A stretch of DNA of 64,000 nt, taken from an uncultured Methanoregulaceae archaeon. Its GTDB lineage: Archaea; Halobacteriota; Methanomicrobia; Methanomicrobiales; Methanospirillaceae. Location of the stretch: the NCBI GenBank assembly GCA_963699515.1, contig CAVOUD010000002.1, positions 98,549 to 162,548 on the forward strand. The letters are read 5' to 3'. The notes under the pieces are model-generated. The model did no database searches and was not told the origin of the DNA. It saw only the letters and a program-made list of their open reading frames with translations. The position numbers were made by a program, and so were the translations under genes. Positions 31,659-41,919 of this stretch are shown here, in pieces (position 1 is the stretch's first letter; each line of letters begins with the position of its first letter).

Positions 31659-33095
31659 CTAGTCAAACCCGCCATTCCTGTTAATCACCATTAACCGGAG
31701 CTCGGTCATCTCCTCAATCGCATAGCGCGGGCCTTCCCGCCCGATCCCTGAACACTTCATACCGCCATATGGCATCTGGTCGACCCGGAAGGTGGGAATG
31801 TCGTTCACGATCACACCACCCACTTCCATCTCTCCAAATGCCCGCATAACCCGGTTGATGTTCTGGGTGAAAATTCCCACCTGGAGACCGAACTCTCCCG
31901 CATTGGCCATCCGGAGTGCTTCGGAAAAATCATCATAGGGTGTTACCGATATGACTGGAGCAAATACTTCCTCGCGAACCACTCTCATGTCCGGTTTCGT
32001 GTCAACAATCACCGTGGGCGCAAACAGTGTTCCTTCAAGAGTGCCCCCCACAAGGATTCGTGCACCCTGCTTCACGGCTTCCTGGACTTTCCGGTATGCC
32101 TGCTCTGCCTTTTCCTGGTCGATCATTGGACCTATATCGGTCGAATGATCACGGGGGTCACCAACCTTCAGCGCCTTCACTGATGAAAGAATTTTTTCAA
32201 GCGTACGATCATAGACAGGGCGATGCACCAGCACCCGCTGGACAGATATGCAGACCTGACCGGCGTTGATAAAACCCCCGGTTGCGATCCGGTTTGCAGC
32301 AAAATCGAGATTTGCATCCTCATGAACGATCACCACCGCATTCCCTCCCAGTTCCAGTCCTACTTTTTTCTGTCCCGCTATATCACGAAGGTGCCAGCCA
32401 ACCGCACAACTGCCGGTGAACGAGAGATATGCAATACGGGGGTCCCGAACCAGTTGTTCTGCACGGACATTAGCACAGGGTACCACACTGATCGCTTCCG
32501 GGGGGAGACCGGCAGCGAGCGCCATTTCGCCAAGAAGTAAACTGCATACAGGTGTAGCGGATGCGGGCTTGAGAATGATGGAGTTCCCTGCAGCAATAGC
32601 CGGTGCGAGCTTGTGACAGGCAAGATTCAACGGGAAATTAAACGGGACGATCCCCACAACCGGCCCAACCGGGAACCGCTGGAGAAAGCCAACCCTCCCC
32701 TCAGTGTCATCTGTCCAGTCCAGCGGGATTATCTCCCCATAGATTCGTTTTGCTTCCTCCGCAGAAATCCGGACAGTTACCTCTGCACGGGTTACCTCAT
32801 TTTCCGCATACTTTTTTGTTTTGCCACCCTCCATCACCATTACCTCAACCAGCTCGTCTGATCGCGTATGGATCTCATCGGCGAGACAGGAAAGGATTCG
32901 CGACCGTTTGCCAGAAGAAAGTCTGCGGGTTTTTTCAAATCCCCGCACTGCGGCAGCAACTGCCTCCTTCAAATCGTTCTCGCTTGCCTGGCAGACCTTT
33001 GCATATGTTTCGCCAGTGTAGGGAAAACGCACGTTCACGATTTCCCCGGTATGCTTCTTAACACCGCCAAGAATAATGGGATATGTCTCCATCAA
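31659..33095 (-). CDS. NAD(P)-dependent aldehyde dehydrogenase family protein
   Basis: PFNFP, FTGS, LELGGN, GQVC and EEVFAP motifs. Confidence 0.93.
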   Translation of the reverse strand: MMETYPIILGGVKKHTGEIVNVRFPYTGETYAKVCQASENDLKEAVAAAVRGFEKTRRLSSGKRSRILSCLADEIHTRSDELVEVMVMEGGKTKKYAENEVTRAEVTVRISAEEAKRIYGEIIPLDWTDDTEGRVGFLQRFPVGPVVGIVPFNFPLNLACHKLAPAIAAGNSIILKPASATPVCSLLLGEMALAAGLPPEAISVVPCANVRAEQLVRDPRIAYLSFTGSCAVGWHLRDIAGQKKVGLELGGNAVVIVHEDANLDFAANRIATGGFINAGQVCISVQRVLVHRPVYDRTLEKILSSVKALKVGDPRDHSTDIGPMIDQEKAEQAYRKVQEAVKQGARILVGGTLEGTLFAPTVIVDTKPDMRVVREEVFAPVISVTPYDDFSEALRMANAGEFGLQVGIFTQNINRVMRAFGEMEVGGVIVNDIPTFRVDQMPYGGMKCSGIGREGPRYAIEEMTELRLMVINRNGGFD

Positions 33096-33292
33096 TGATC
33101 ATTCCGGTCCAGTTCTGCATGTCTGTTTTATTCCTACGTGTACTCCAGAATGTCCGTTGTGGCATGCATATCTGTTCCCATTACAGCATCTGAAGTCATC
33201 CATAGAGCTATTCCAACTCCAAAGGCAGGTCTGTCCCAATAAAAGGATTCGGTCCAGTCTAAAAAAAAGTGGTATTTTTCCCTGCACCCGCA

Positions 33293-33865
33293 TCAGAGCC
33301 GCGTTATTTTTACCGGTACCCGGAAGATGGCATCATTGATACCGGATTCCTTCCGGTCATCGGCGCACATGAAATACTTACCCTGGTTCTTAATCGTGAG
33401 TGTCTTTTCCTGGGGAACGGAGATATCATTGAGCTGGATGAGGGGTGAAATCCCGTCATACACCCAGGTCTTCTTTACGGTATCCCAGTTTGGTCTGACG
33501 TTTTGGATCTTTTCATAATCATCTACCTTAAGAACCAGAATATTCACATTTATCGTCCCCCCTGCAGGGGATGTTGCCCATATCGTATACTTCTGATCGG
33601 GGTAAAGATAGTCAACCCCGAGCGCATTCTGGATGTCAAGGCATTTATAGTCATTAAAATGGGTGTCGATGGTGGTCTCCAGACCAGTGTTTTTTGCCGC
33701 CTGATAGGCAGAAGTTACCTGGGTATACGAGGGAACGGGGGGAACCCCCGGAGCAGTTGTGGCCGCAGGCACTGGGGCCGCATTCGGTGTTGTGGTACAA
33801 CCACAAACGCATGCAAGAAGGATCACCAGCGCTGCAAAAAGTAATGAGTGTCGTGCGAATCTCAT
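33293..33865 (-). CDS. Putative lipoprotein
   Basis: Signal peptide with CVCGC lipobox-like motif and a Pro/Thr-rich linker. Confidence 0.75.
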   Translation of the reverse strand: MRFARHSLLFAALVILLACVCGCTTTPNAAPVPAATTAPGVPPVPSYTQVTSAYQAAKNTGLETTIDTHFNDYKCLDIQNALGVDYLYPDQKYTIWATSPAGGTINVNILVLKVDDYEKIQNVRPNWDTVKKTWVYDGISPLIQLNDISVPQEKTLTIKNQGKYFMCADDRKESGINDAIFRVPVKITRL

Positions 33866-34044
33866 GATGTTCAATATAAAAATCACGCATATATTTGTTA
33901 CGATTCCGATCCGCAAACTGCTTCGTTTTTTATGTCGCCGGAAATCCGGTATGCTGCGATGAGAGAAAAACTACTTTGTCCACCAGCACCAACATTGCTC
34001 TACGCACATTTACTTGCGTCCCATAATTATTCAAGAGGGGTTTT

Positions 34045-37000
34045 GTGAAGGAAGTCACCGCTAACTTCAATGCACAGTCGATCGAGTGTGCGGTGCAGGA
34101 ACACTGGCACACCAACGATACCTACGCTGCCGTAAAACAGCATCGCAGTAATGGCAAACCGTTCTTCTTTGTTGACGGGCCACCCTATACCACGGGGTCC
34201 ATTCACCTTGGAACCGCGTGGAACAAGATACTAAAAGACTCTATACTGCGCTACCACCGCATGAACGGCCGCCATGTGATTGACCGGGCTGGCTACGATA
34301 TGCACGGTCTGCCTATCGAAGTAAAAGTTGAGCAGGCGCTCGGGTTTGAGTCAAAAAAAGATATTGAGAAGTACGGTATCCGGAAGTTCATCGAGCAGTG
34401 CCGGGAGTTTGCTATCAGGAACAAGCTCCTGATGGATGACCAGTTCGCCAACCTCGGCGTCTGGCTGGACTTTCCTGGCGCCTACCAGACGGTTATGCCC
34501 GAATACATTGAGGCGGCTTGGTGGACACTAGCACGGGCAGAGGAAAAGGGCATGCTCGAACGCGGGTACCGTGTTGTCAACTGGTGTCCCCGGTGCGAGA
34601 CAGCGATTGCCGATGCTGAAGTGGAATACTGGGACGAGAATGACCCCTCGGTTTTCGTCACATTCCCGCTCAAAGGTAAGATAAACGAGTTCCTTGTTAT
34701 CTGGACGACAACCCCGTGGACGCTACCGGCAAACGTTGCTGTTGCCGTGGCTAAGGATTTCGATTATGTAAAAGTACTCGCCAAAAAAGACGACAAGGAG
34801 ACGCTCCTCTGGATCGCTGAACCATTGGTAAAAGCGGTGCTCAAGAAGGGACGCTGTAAGGACTATTCCATTCTCGAGACAAAGAAGGGCGCCAATCTCG
34901 TAGGATGGGGATATGAATCCCCGCTCGCCTCCTGCGTGCCACTCCAGCGCGAAATCGATCACAAGGTTCTTTCAGCAGATTTCGTTGCGCTCGAGAATAC
35001 CGGCATGGTACACATCGCGCCCGGCCATGGCTGGGACGACTTCGTGCTCGGGACGAAGGAAGGGCTTGCCATAGTCTGCCCTGTGGATGGTACCGGGAAA
35101 TTCAGGGAAGAAGCCGGGATCTTTGCCGGCCAGCTCGTGCGGGATTCCAACGATAACGTGCTGGTGGCGCTTGGCGATCACCTGTTTGCCAAGGAGACCG
35201 TCACCCACCGCTATGGTCACTGCTGGCGCTGCAAGACGCCCATCATCTTCCGGGCGACATCACAATGGTTCTTAAAGATCTCCGAGATGCGGGACATGAT
35301 GCTTAAAGAAGTGGCAAAGGTCACCTGGTACCCGGATTGGGCGGGAAGCGCACGGTTCTATGACTGGATCAAGGAAGCCCGTGACTGGTGTATCTCGCGC
35401 CAGCGCTACTGGGGCATACCGATCCCGGTCTGGGTCTGCCCGAAATGCGATGCCTATCGGGTGATAGGCACCATCAGCGAACTTGAAGAACGCAGTGGCA
35501 GGCCGCTTGCCGATCCACACCGCCCCTACGTGGATGATGTAACGATCCCGTGCAGCTGCGGCGGCACAATGAAACGGGTTGAGGATATCTTCGATGTCTG
35601 GTTCGACTCAGCCGTTGCATCGTGGGCTACGCTTGGGTTCCCGGGTATAACCGCAGAGTTCGATAAACTCTGGCCCGCAGACTTCATCACCGAAGGTCAG
35701 GACCAGACCCGGGGCTGGTTCTACTCCCAGCTTGGAGCCAGCACCATCGCATTCGGTAAGGCACCCTACAGGAGCGTCTGCGTGCACGGGTTTGCTCTTG
35801 ACGCCGAGGGTAAAAAGATGTCAAAAAGCCTTGGCAACGTCGTAACACCTGAAGAAGTCATCGCAAAGGTCGGTGTCGATGTGCTCAGGCTCTACGTGCT
35901 TTCATCGTCAGCTCCATGGGACGATCTCAAGTTTAACTGGGAGGGGGTTGGCACCACCAACCGTGCAGTGAATATCCTCTGGAACGTCTACCGGTTCCCG
36001 CTCCCGTACATGATCCTCGATTCATTCGAACCATCGAACAGGAATGGCATCTGGGATGGTTCGTATATCCGGGCTCACCTCAGTCATATGCCAGACGAGG
36101 ACCGTTTCATCATATCCCGTATTAACTCTGTCGCCGCCACGGTTGATGCAGCGATAAAGGAATGCCAGCTCCACCGGGCAAGCCGTGAACTGGTGAACTT
36201 TATCTTAGAAGATCTCTCCCGCTGGTATGTTCAGCTCGTCCGCCCCCGCATGTGGTCCGAGGGGGAATCGGTTGACAAACGCCATGCCTATGAAACAATC
36301 TACTATGTTATGCGCCGGATCACCGGGCTCCTTGCACCGTTCTGCCCCCATCTCACCGAGGAGATCTACCAGAATCTCAGGTGCGGGAATGATCCCGCAA
36401 GCATTCACCTGCTGGACTGGAATACCGGGGACGCGGCACTTGTTGATGGATCTCTCGAACATGCGGTTGAAATCGTCCGATCGTTTGACGATGCATGTGC
36501 AAATGCCCGTCAGGCAGGGAAACGGAAACTCCGCTGGCCGGTATCAGAAGTGGTCGTGGTTACGAACGCTGAACCTGTAAAGGTTGCAATCGAACGGTTG
36601 AACGCGGTCTGCATGGACCGGGCTAACGCCCGTAAAGTTTTGGCTATGACGGGCAGGTGGGAACGGATCGGCTGGCATGCCGAGCCGGTGATGAAAGCAC
36701 TGGGGCCCGGGTTTAGCAAAAATTCACCCAGAGTCAAGGCTCTCATTGAAAGTGCTGACGGTAATTTCCTTAAAGCCGAAATCGATGCGGGACGGCCCGT
36801 AATACTCAGGGATGGCGATGCGGTGTACGAGATAGGGCCCCAACACGTCACCTTTACCGAAAAGCTCCCTGCAGAGGTATTTTCCGCCCAGATGCAGGAC
36901 GCAACGGTGTATGTGGATGTCAGACTCGATAACGATCTCGAAAAGGAAGGGTATGAGCGGGAGGTCATCCGTAGGATCCAGGAAATGCGCAAACAACTTG

Positions 37001-37254
37001 ACCTTGTCGTCAGCGAGTTCATCTCGGTGGAAGTGCTGGTCAATGACATGAGGGTCTACGAACTCCTCAATAATACCAGCGGACACGCTATTGCAGGGGA
37101 GGTTTTAGCAGTTGTACCGGACAAAGGAGTCCTGTTTTCCTTCCTTAAACCTGGAGAGAAACTGAGAACTCATGACTCGATAAGGGACTGGGATATTGAA
37201 GGGGCAACTGAGACCGTCAGCATGACTATAGGGATCTCACGGGCATGCAACTAA
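34045..37254 (+). CDS. ileS: Isoleucine--tRNA ligase
   Basis: DGPPYTTGSIHLG, WTTTPWT, DWCISRQRYWG, GQDQTRGWF and KMSKS motifs. Confidence 0.98.
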   Translation: MKEVTANFNAQSIECAVQEHWHTNDTYAAVKQHRSNGKPFFFVDGPPYTTGSIHLGTAWNKILKDSILRYHRMNGRHVIDRAGYDMHGLPIEVKVEQALGFESKKDIEKYGIRKFIEQCREFAIRNKLLMDDQFANLGVWLDFPGAYQTVMPEYIEAAWWTLARAEEKGMLERGYRVVNWCPRCETAIADAEVEYWDENDPSVFVTFPLKGKINEFLVIWTTTPWTLPANVAVAVAKDFDYVKVLAKKDDKETLLWIAEPLVKAVLKKGRCKDYSILETKKGANLVGWGYESPLASCVPLQREIDHKVLSADFVALENTGMVHIAPGHGWDDFVLGTKEGLAIVCPVDGTGKFREEAGIFAGQLVRDSNDNVLVALGDHLFAKETVTHRYGHCWRCKTPIIFRATSQWFLKISEMRDMMLKEVAKVTWYPDWAGSARFYDWIKEARDWCISRQRYWGIPIPVWVCPKCDAYRVIGTISELEERSGRPLADPHRPYVDDVTIPCSCGGTMKRVEDIFDVWFDSAVASWATLGFPGITAEFDKLWPADFITEGQDQTRGWFYSQLGASTIAFGKAPYRSVCVHGFALDAEGKKMSKSLGNVVTPEEVIAKVGVDVLRLYVLSSSAPWDDLKFNWEGVGTTNRAVNILWNVYRFPLPYMILDSFEPSNRNGIWDGSYIRAHLSHMPDEDRFIISRINSVAATVDAAIKECQLHRASRELVNFILEDLSRWYVQLVRPRMWSEGESVDKRHAYETIYYVMRRITGLLAPFCPHLTEEIYQNLRCGNDPASIHLLDWNTGDAALVDGSLEHAVEIVRSFDDACANARQAGKRKLRWPVSEVVVVTNAEPVKVAIERLNAVCMDRANARKVLAMTGRWERIGWHAEPVMKALGPGFSKNSPRVKALIESADGNFLKAEIDAGRPVILRDGDAVYEIGPQHVTFTEKLPAEVFSAQMQDATVYVDVRLDNDLEKEGYEREVIRRIQEMRKQLDLVVSEFISVEVLVNDMRVYELLNNTSGHAIAGEVLAVVPDKGVLFSFLKPGEKLRTHDSIRDWDIEGATETVSMTIGISRACN

Positions 37255-37968
37255 TTTTCCCAGAAACTCTTTTCCTTCAGGGCTTGTAAACAGCGGAAGA
37301 TCCCGTTCAACCGTAACCGCACTGCGTTCGGCCACTACCGTCTGTTGTGTAATCGGATTGAGTCCTTCCTTTTCCGTGAGCTTCTTATAGACCAGCACCC
37401 CCCTCCGCTGCCATGCCGGGGTCATGGCAAGGTTGAAACCCCGCAGGTGCATCATCTCGTGGAGGCCTTTTGCCGGCATGCCTTTGAGCTGTACAGCGGC
37501 TTTTTTTGCACTCATACCTTCTTCAATCAACGCCTGCTGGCAATAACCGTTCACGTGGTTACGCCACGCTTCGTTCTGGCGGTTCACTAAATATTCGATC
37601 GCATACGCAGGCGTCGCCGGAATGACCCGTGCATCGAATGACAGGGTAGTTGTCGCTCCAAGGGTGATGGTAAGGCAACTTGCTGCAAAGGAGGAGGACA
37701 CTGAATCAATCTTTTCCACCCGGCCATTGAACGGGAGTTGGGTAAAATAGAGACTGATCTCATCCGAGAAGGTAAACGCAAACTCAGGACAGAGCCCGCT
37801 GTCAGCCACGAGCGCTGTACATACCTGAACCATTGCATCGCTGAACCGTTCATCAAACGGTTTTTTCAGGGTAAGATTCTCTGCAAGACGGTGAAATGCA
37901 CGCCCATCGAGCCTGACAAAAACAGGAGGAATCGTAGTGATTGCAGAAAATATTTCCCGGTTTTCCAT
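37237..37968 (-). CDS. tRNA(His) guanylyltransferase Thg1-like protein (3'-5' polymerase)
   Basis: VRLDGRAFH, KPFD, SDEIS, FDAR, RQNEAWRN and WQRRG motifs. Confidence 0.93.
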   Translation of the reverse strand: MENREIFSAITTIPPVFVRLDGRAFHRLAENLTLKKPFDERFSDAMVQVCTALVADSGLCPEFAFTFSDEISLYFTQLPFNGRVEKIDSVSSSFAASCLTITLGATTTLSFDARVIPATPAYAIEYLVNRQNEAWRNHVNGYCQQALIEEGMSAKKAAVQLKGMPAKGLHEMMHLRGFNLAMTPAWQRRGVLVYKKLTEKEGLNPITQQTVVAERSAVTVERDLPLFTSPEGKEFLGKLVACP

Positions 37969-38032
37969 ATAACAACCATGCGGGAGCAAAGAAAATATGA
38001 ATGATTCTCCCTCAAGCAACCTGATGCCGTTC

Positions 38033-38296
38033 TTACTCTTCCACACTGCCGCCCGTGAAGGCTCCCGGAAGGTGGCGGATCAGGACGATATCGTCAATCG
38101 CACTGATGATACGGTAGGGGATCTTGAGGCCTTTGAAATTTTTCAGCTCGAAGAGCTGGTCGTTGACCTTGCTGACTACAATTGAATCTATCTTCTTCTG
38201 ATCCACATCGATGAGAACATCTTCGACTTCGCCGACAAACATGCCCTTGTCCGTATAGATCTGAAGCCCGAACAACTCCGTAATCTGGGTTTCCAT
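38033..38296 (-). CDS. PRC-barrel domain protein (CdpB-like)
   Basis: IYTDKGMFVGEVEDVLID...IPYRIISAIDDIVLI. Confidence 0.88.
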   Translation of the reverse strand: METQITELFGLQIYTDKGMFVGEVEDVLIDVDQKKIDSIVVSKVNDQLFELKNFKGLKIPYRIISAIDDIVLIRHLPGAFTGGSVEE

Positions 38297-38347
38297 CGTT
38301 ATCAGATGAAAGTATATACTTAAGAGTTAAAAAGATAATCCTTTGTT

Positions 38348-39481
38348 ATGGACGGATCGTTTCGGATAGGACGCGTCTTTGGAATACCGATCCTCATCCA
38401 CTATTCATTTATCCTGGTCATTCCCCTCTTTGCCTGGATCATCGGAAGCCAGATTACGGCTACCACCGATATGATTGAGGGATTCTTTTCCATCCCGATC
38501 GATACCTCGCTTATCACCGAGGGCATCATGCCGTGGATTCTTGGCACTGTTGTCGCCCTCGGCCTTTTTGTAGGAGTCCTTATTCATGAACTCGCCCATT
38601 CGCTGGTCGCCCGCCGCAAGGGGATAAAAATCAACAACATCACGCTCATGATCTTTGGTGGCATAGCGACAATGGAAGAAGGGGTTCCTGACCCGAAAGC
38701 CGAACTGCCCATGGCGCTGGTAGGACCGCTCGCCAGTCTGGTTATCGGTCTTGTCTGCATGGGGATTGCCTTTGCGGTTCCCGCTGTCACACAGAACCCT
38801 CCCCTTACCGGCGTAGTGATCTTTGTATTCGGGTACCTTGGGGTGCTCAACATCATACTCTTTGCATTCAATCTCTTACCTGCATTCCCGATGGATGGTG
38901 GCAGGGTGCTGCGTGCATGGCTGGCTGAAAGGATGCCACTTCACCGTGCCACAAAAATTGCAGCTGACATAGGCAAAGGCTTTGCAATCGTATTTGGTCT
39001 TATCGGCCTCGTTTTCTTCTCCCCGTTCCTGATTCTCATTGCGTTCTTTATCTATATCGGCGCGAGCATGGAATCGGCCGCGGTAAAGTACAGTTATCTC
39101 TTGCAGGATGTTACTGTCGGTGACATGATGAGCAACCCGGTGACGACCGTTCCACCAACTCTTCCCGTAAGCCAGGTGATCTCCATGATGTACTCAAGCA
39201 AGCATCTCGGGTTTCCTGTAGTCGAGCGGGATACGTTGATCGGCATGGTGACGCTTGCTGATATAAACCATATGACTTCGATAGATCGTGAGGCGATGCA
39301 GGTCCGGGACGTCATGACCCGTGACCCGATTACTCTCCCTCCCACAGCGCCACTGATTGATGCGCTGAAGATCATGTCAGCACGTAACTTCGGCAGGATC
39401 CCGGTCGTACAGGACGGCAAAATTCTCGGGATCGTAACCCGGACAGATATCATCAAAGTGACGGAACTGAAACAGATCTAG
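38348..39481 (+). CDS. Site-2 protease (M50) with CBS pair
   Basis: HELAH and FNLLPAFPMDGGR motifs, followed by two CBS domains. Confidence 0.95.
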   Translation: MDGSFRIGRVFGIPILIHYSFILVIPLFAWIIGSQITATTDMIEGFFSIPIDTSLITEGIMPWILGTVVALGLFVGVLIHELAHSLVARRKGIKINNITLMIFGGIATMEEGVPDPKAELPMALVGPLASLVIGLVCMGIAFAVPAVTQNPPLTGVVIFVFGYLGVLNIILFAFNLLPAFPMDGGRVLRAWLAERMPLHRATKIAADIGKGFAIVFGLIGLVFFSPFLILIAFFIYIGASMESAAVKYSYLLQDVTVGDMMSNPVTTVPPTLPVSQVISMMYSSKHLGFPVVERDTLIGMVTLADINHMTSIDREAMQVRDVMTRDPITLPPTAPLIDALKIMSARNFGRIPVVQDGKILGIVTRTDIIKVTELKQI

Positions 39482-41121
39482 AATTTCAGCAATAGATCGA
39501 TGGGTGAACTCCCTGCAACTTTCCGGAAGGCTTCGAGAGTTTTGAAGGGCCGTTTCACCAGCATCGCTGCTACTTTTTTCTTCCCTACACCTGGCAGCCA
39601 TTTTATTGCGGTTGCCGGAAGCGTGTTGATCTCTATCGGAACCGGCAGGGCTGTCACTGAACGCATACCCCAGTCAACCACAACTACATCAATCATACTC
39701 CGTTCAGGAACGCGGACCGGAATGCCGACAAGGATGGGATACGAACCCATCTGCCGCCCGAATGAGAGATCCCCGCAGACTTCAACGCGAACATCGTGAA
39801 GTACAGTACCGATAGGATAGACCCGCTGGAGCATCGGGATATCAATTTTCTGCCGCACAAATTCCTTGAAAAGCCTGAACCGTTGATCAAATTTTCCCAG
39901 AGTATTGTTGGTGTACGCAGGTGTACCCTCAAATGGCATTACCTGCCGGATGTTCACGCGCCTGACGGAAAACCCGGCATCACGCACAAGGGCGAGGAAC
40001 TGTTCGTTCAGTTCGTAGGTCTTCTCGGTCTCTCCCGCCAGACCGCAGACGAAGTTGAGCCCCGGGAGCAGTTCAGGTACGTTGTCCCGCCGCATGCCGC
40101 CCTCTTCATTTACGATCCGGATCGCCCGGAAAACTTCGCCTGATTGTGCCTTGAGGTTGTTTGCTGCTATTACTGCCGGGTCAGCCGTCTCCATACCAAA
40201 CGCGGCGACATCACCGGGGGTGTGATGCCGTATGATTGCCCGTAATGCCTCACGGCTCTCCTGTTCGTGCTTCGCGATTGTCGCCGGGTTCGTGTTGTCA
40301 ATATGCAGGGTTTTTAATGCAGGTGCTGCGATGCGGATCGAGGCAAAGAGGGTCTCCAGGAGATCCGGGCGCGGTGCGGGAAACTCTCCGGGACCCGCAC
40401 CATAGGCAAGAATGTCAGGCTGCCGCCCGACCCTGAAATGCCTGGCTCCATGAGCATGCAGGGCTGTAACTTCGTTAGTAATACCATCGATGCTGCGATA
40501 CTTCGGTTTCCCATAGAAAGGTTCGGTGCAGAATGAACAGCCTCCCGATGCACCGTGGGAGCAGCCCCGTGCGGTCTCGAGCTCGCACATCACCTGCGGG
40601 TAATCCGGATGCTGCTCAATAATCCCGCTACCGGTAACACTCCACGGGTCCGTGCGAGCATAATCGAGCGCCCCTGCCGGTTCATTCCCCCTGAGATAAT
40701 TGTCCAGTGCAACAGCCGGCTCACCTTTGAGCAGAGCATCAAAACCACTGATAACCTGTTTGATCGCCCGCTGCCCGCCTTCGGGTGCGTAGCCGAACCC
40801 AATCGGCCCCCCAATCAGTTTTTTTGGTCCCCGGAGCATATGGCCGACCTGCTGGATTTCAGTGAGGGTTGCCGGAGTACCACCGAGATATTTTCCCGGT
40901 ACGGTAACACCTGCAATCATGACCATCAGATCCGCATGGTCCAGCTTATTGATAAAGTGCGGGTCTTTCCGGAGCTGATCAATGGTCAGATACCGCACCG
41001 TGTACCTGTGACCGATCAACGCACCGGCAACGGTGCGAATATAGGGGGACACATACGGTGGCACGCCAAGACACGCTGGTTCGTCCACGTACCCGTCAAG
41101 GATATAGACTTCAGCAGGCAT
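39478..41121 (-). CDS. Radical SAM protein (COG1031-like) with C-terminal HhH
   Basis: DGYVDEPACLGVPPY, C-x7-C-x2-C and LPGVGKK motifs. Confidence 0.88.
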   Translation of the reverse strand: MPAEVYILDGYVDEPACLGVPPYVSPYIRTVAGALIGHRYTVRYLTIDQLRKDPHFINKLDHADLMVMIAGVTVPGKYLGGTPATLTEIQQVGHMLRGPKKLIGGPIGFGYAPEGGQRAIKQVISGFDALLKGEPAVALDNYLRGNEPAGALDYARTDPWSVTGSGIIEQHPDYPQVMCELETARGCSHGASGGCSFCTEPFYGKPKYRSIDGITNEVTALHAHGARHFRVGRQPDILAYGAGPGEFPAPRPDLLETLFASIRIAAPALKTLHIDNTNPATIAKHEQESREALRAIIRHHTPGDVAAFGMETADPAVIAANNLKAQSGEVFRAIRIVNEEGGMRRDNVPELLPGLNFVCGLAGETEKTYELNEQFLALVRDAGFSVRRVNIRQVMPFEGTPAYTNNTLGKFDQRFRLFKEFVRQKIDIPMLQRVYPIGTVLHDVRVEVCGDLSFGRQMGSYPILVGIPVRVPERSMIDVVVVDWGMRSVTALPVPIEINTLPATAIKWLPGVGKKKVAAMLVKRPFKTLEAFRKVAGSSPIDLLLKF

Positions 41122-41734
41122 GGCCGATCAGGGCAAGGAGTTTTCGCGCCCAGAAAAGTTTGCCCCGCTTCACCGGGTCTACATTTTTATCATCCAGGTC
41201 AAACCCGATGAGCGTGATATGTTCTGCACCGAGTTCATCAGCTGCAAAAACTGCACGGTCACCATCAGAAAATCCGCCAAAGTTGTGGACATGTGGGAGC
41301 GGGGCGCTCTGCGTAGTGGCAACAACCGGGCCTTTAAATCGCGGTACCCAGTAGTGGAGCAGGGGCATGTTATCCCCATGCGCGTGAATAACGATAATCG
41401 TACCCGATTCATTCAACGCAAGGAGCCGGTCGGTAGCACCGTCAAGATCGGTAAAAACCGCATCCGGGCGGACATCATGCGCATCGAGCACTTCAGCTGC
41501 TGCATCCGCCGCGAATACAACACCCTGAACTTTGCCAAGCTCGTCTTTCAGGCAGGGGGCGTTTCCGCAGACAGTGACTTCATTGTTGCAGGTGAGCGCA
41601 GTCAGGGAGAGAAGATTGTCGCGGGTCATAAGTGAGGCGAGCACGCGGGCCGCTTCCTCATCCTGTGCACGATCGAACCCGAAATATTCCAGAATTTCAC
41701 AGTAATAGGGCTCCCACACCTCAAAATCCATCAT
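41111..41734 (-). CDS. mptE: 6-hydroxymethyl-7,8-dihydropterin pyrophosphokinase MptE
   Basis: W.PYY..I, TDLDG, HAHGDN and NFGGFSDGDRA motifs. Confidence 0.9.
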   Translation of the reverse strand: MMDFEVWEPYYCEILEYFGFDRAQDEEAARVLASLMTRDNLLSLTALTCNNEVTVCGNAPCLKDELGKVQGVVFAADAAAEVLDAHDVRPDAVFTDLDGATDRLLALNESGTIIVIHAHGDNMPLLHYWVPRFKGPVVATTQSAPLPHVHNFGGFSDGDRAVFAADELGAEHITLIGFDLDDKNVDPVKRGKLFWARKLLALIGHAC

Positions 41735-41919
41735 TAACCTCGGACGTTTTAATAGACTTTATTTTCTGATACCGGCTTTTCACTGTTGTCAGAGTTCAGC
41801 ACTTGTTCTTAACTTCTGCAGAAGTCAGGTTGAATGCTCTCGTCCCTCTTACCATAGTTCAGCACAGTTCTCAAAAATTTTCCCTGTTCCGGATAGAATT
41901 TTCCGGTATTTGCTACCCG

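Noticed and set aside
37237-37968. Pyrrolysine read-through in the Thg1-like gene, as known in Methanosarcina acetivorans
   Set aside because: The ORF is continuous with no in-frame TAG.
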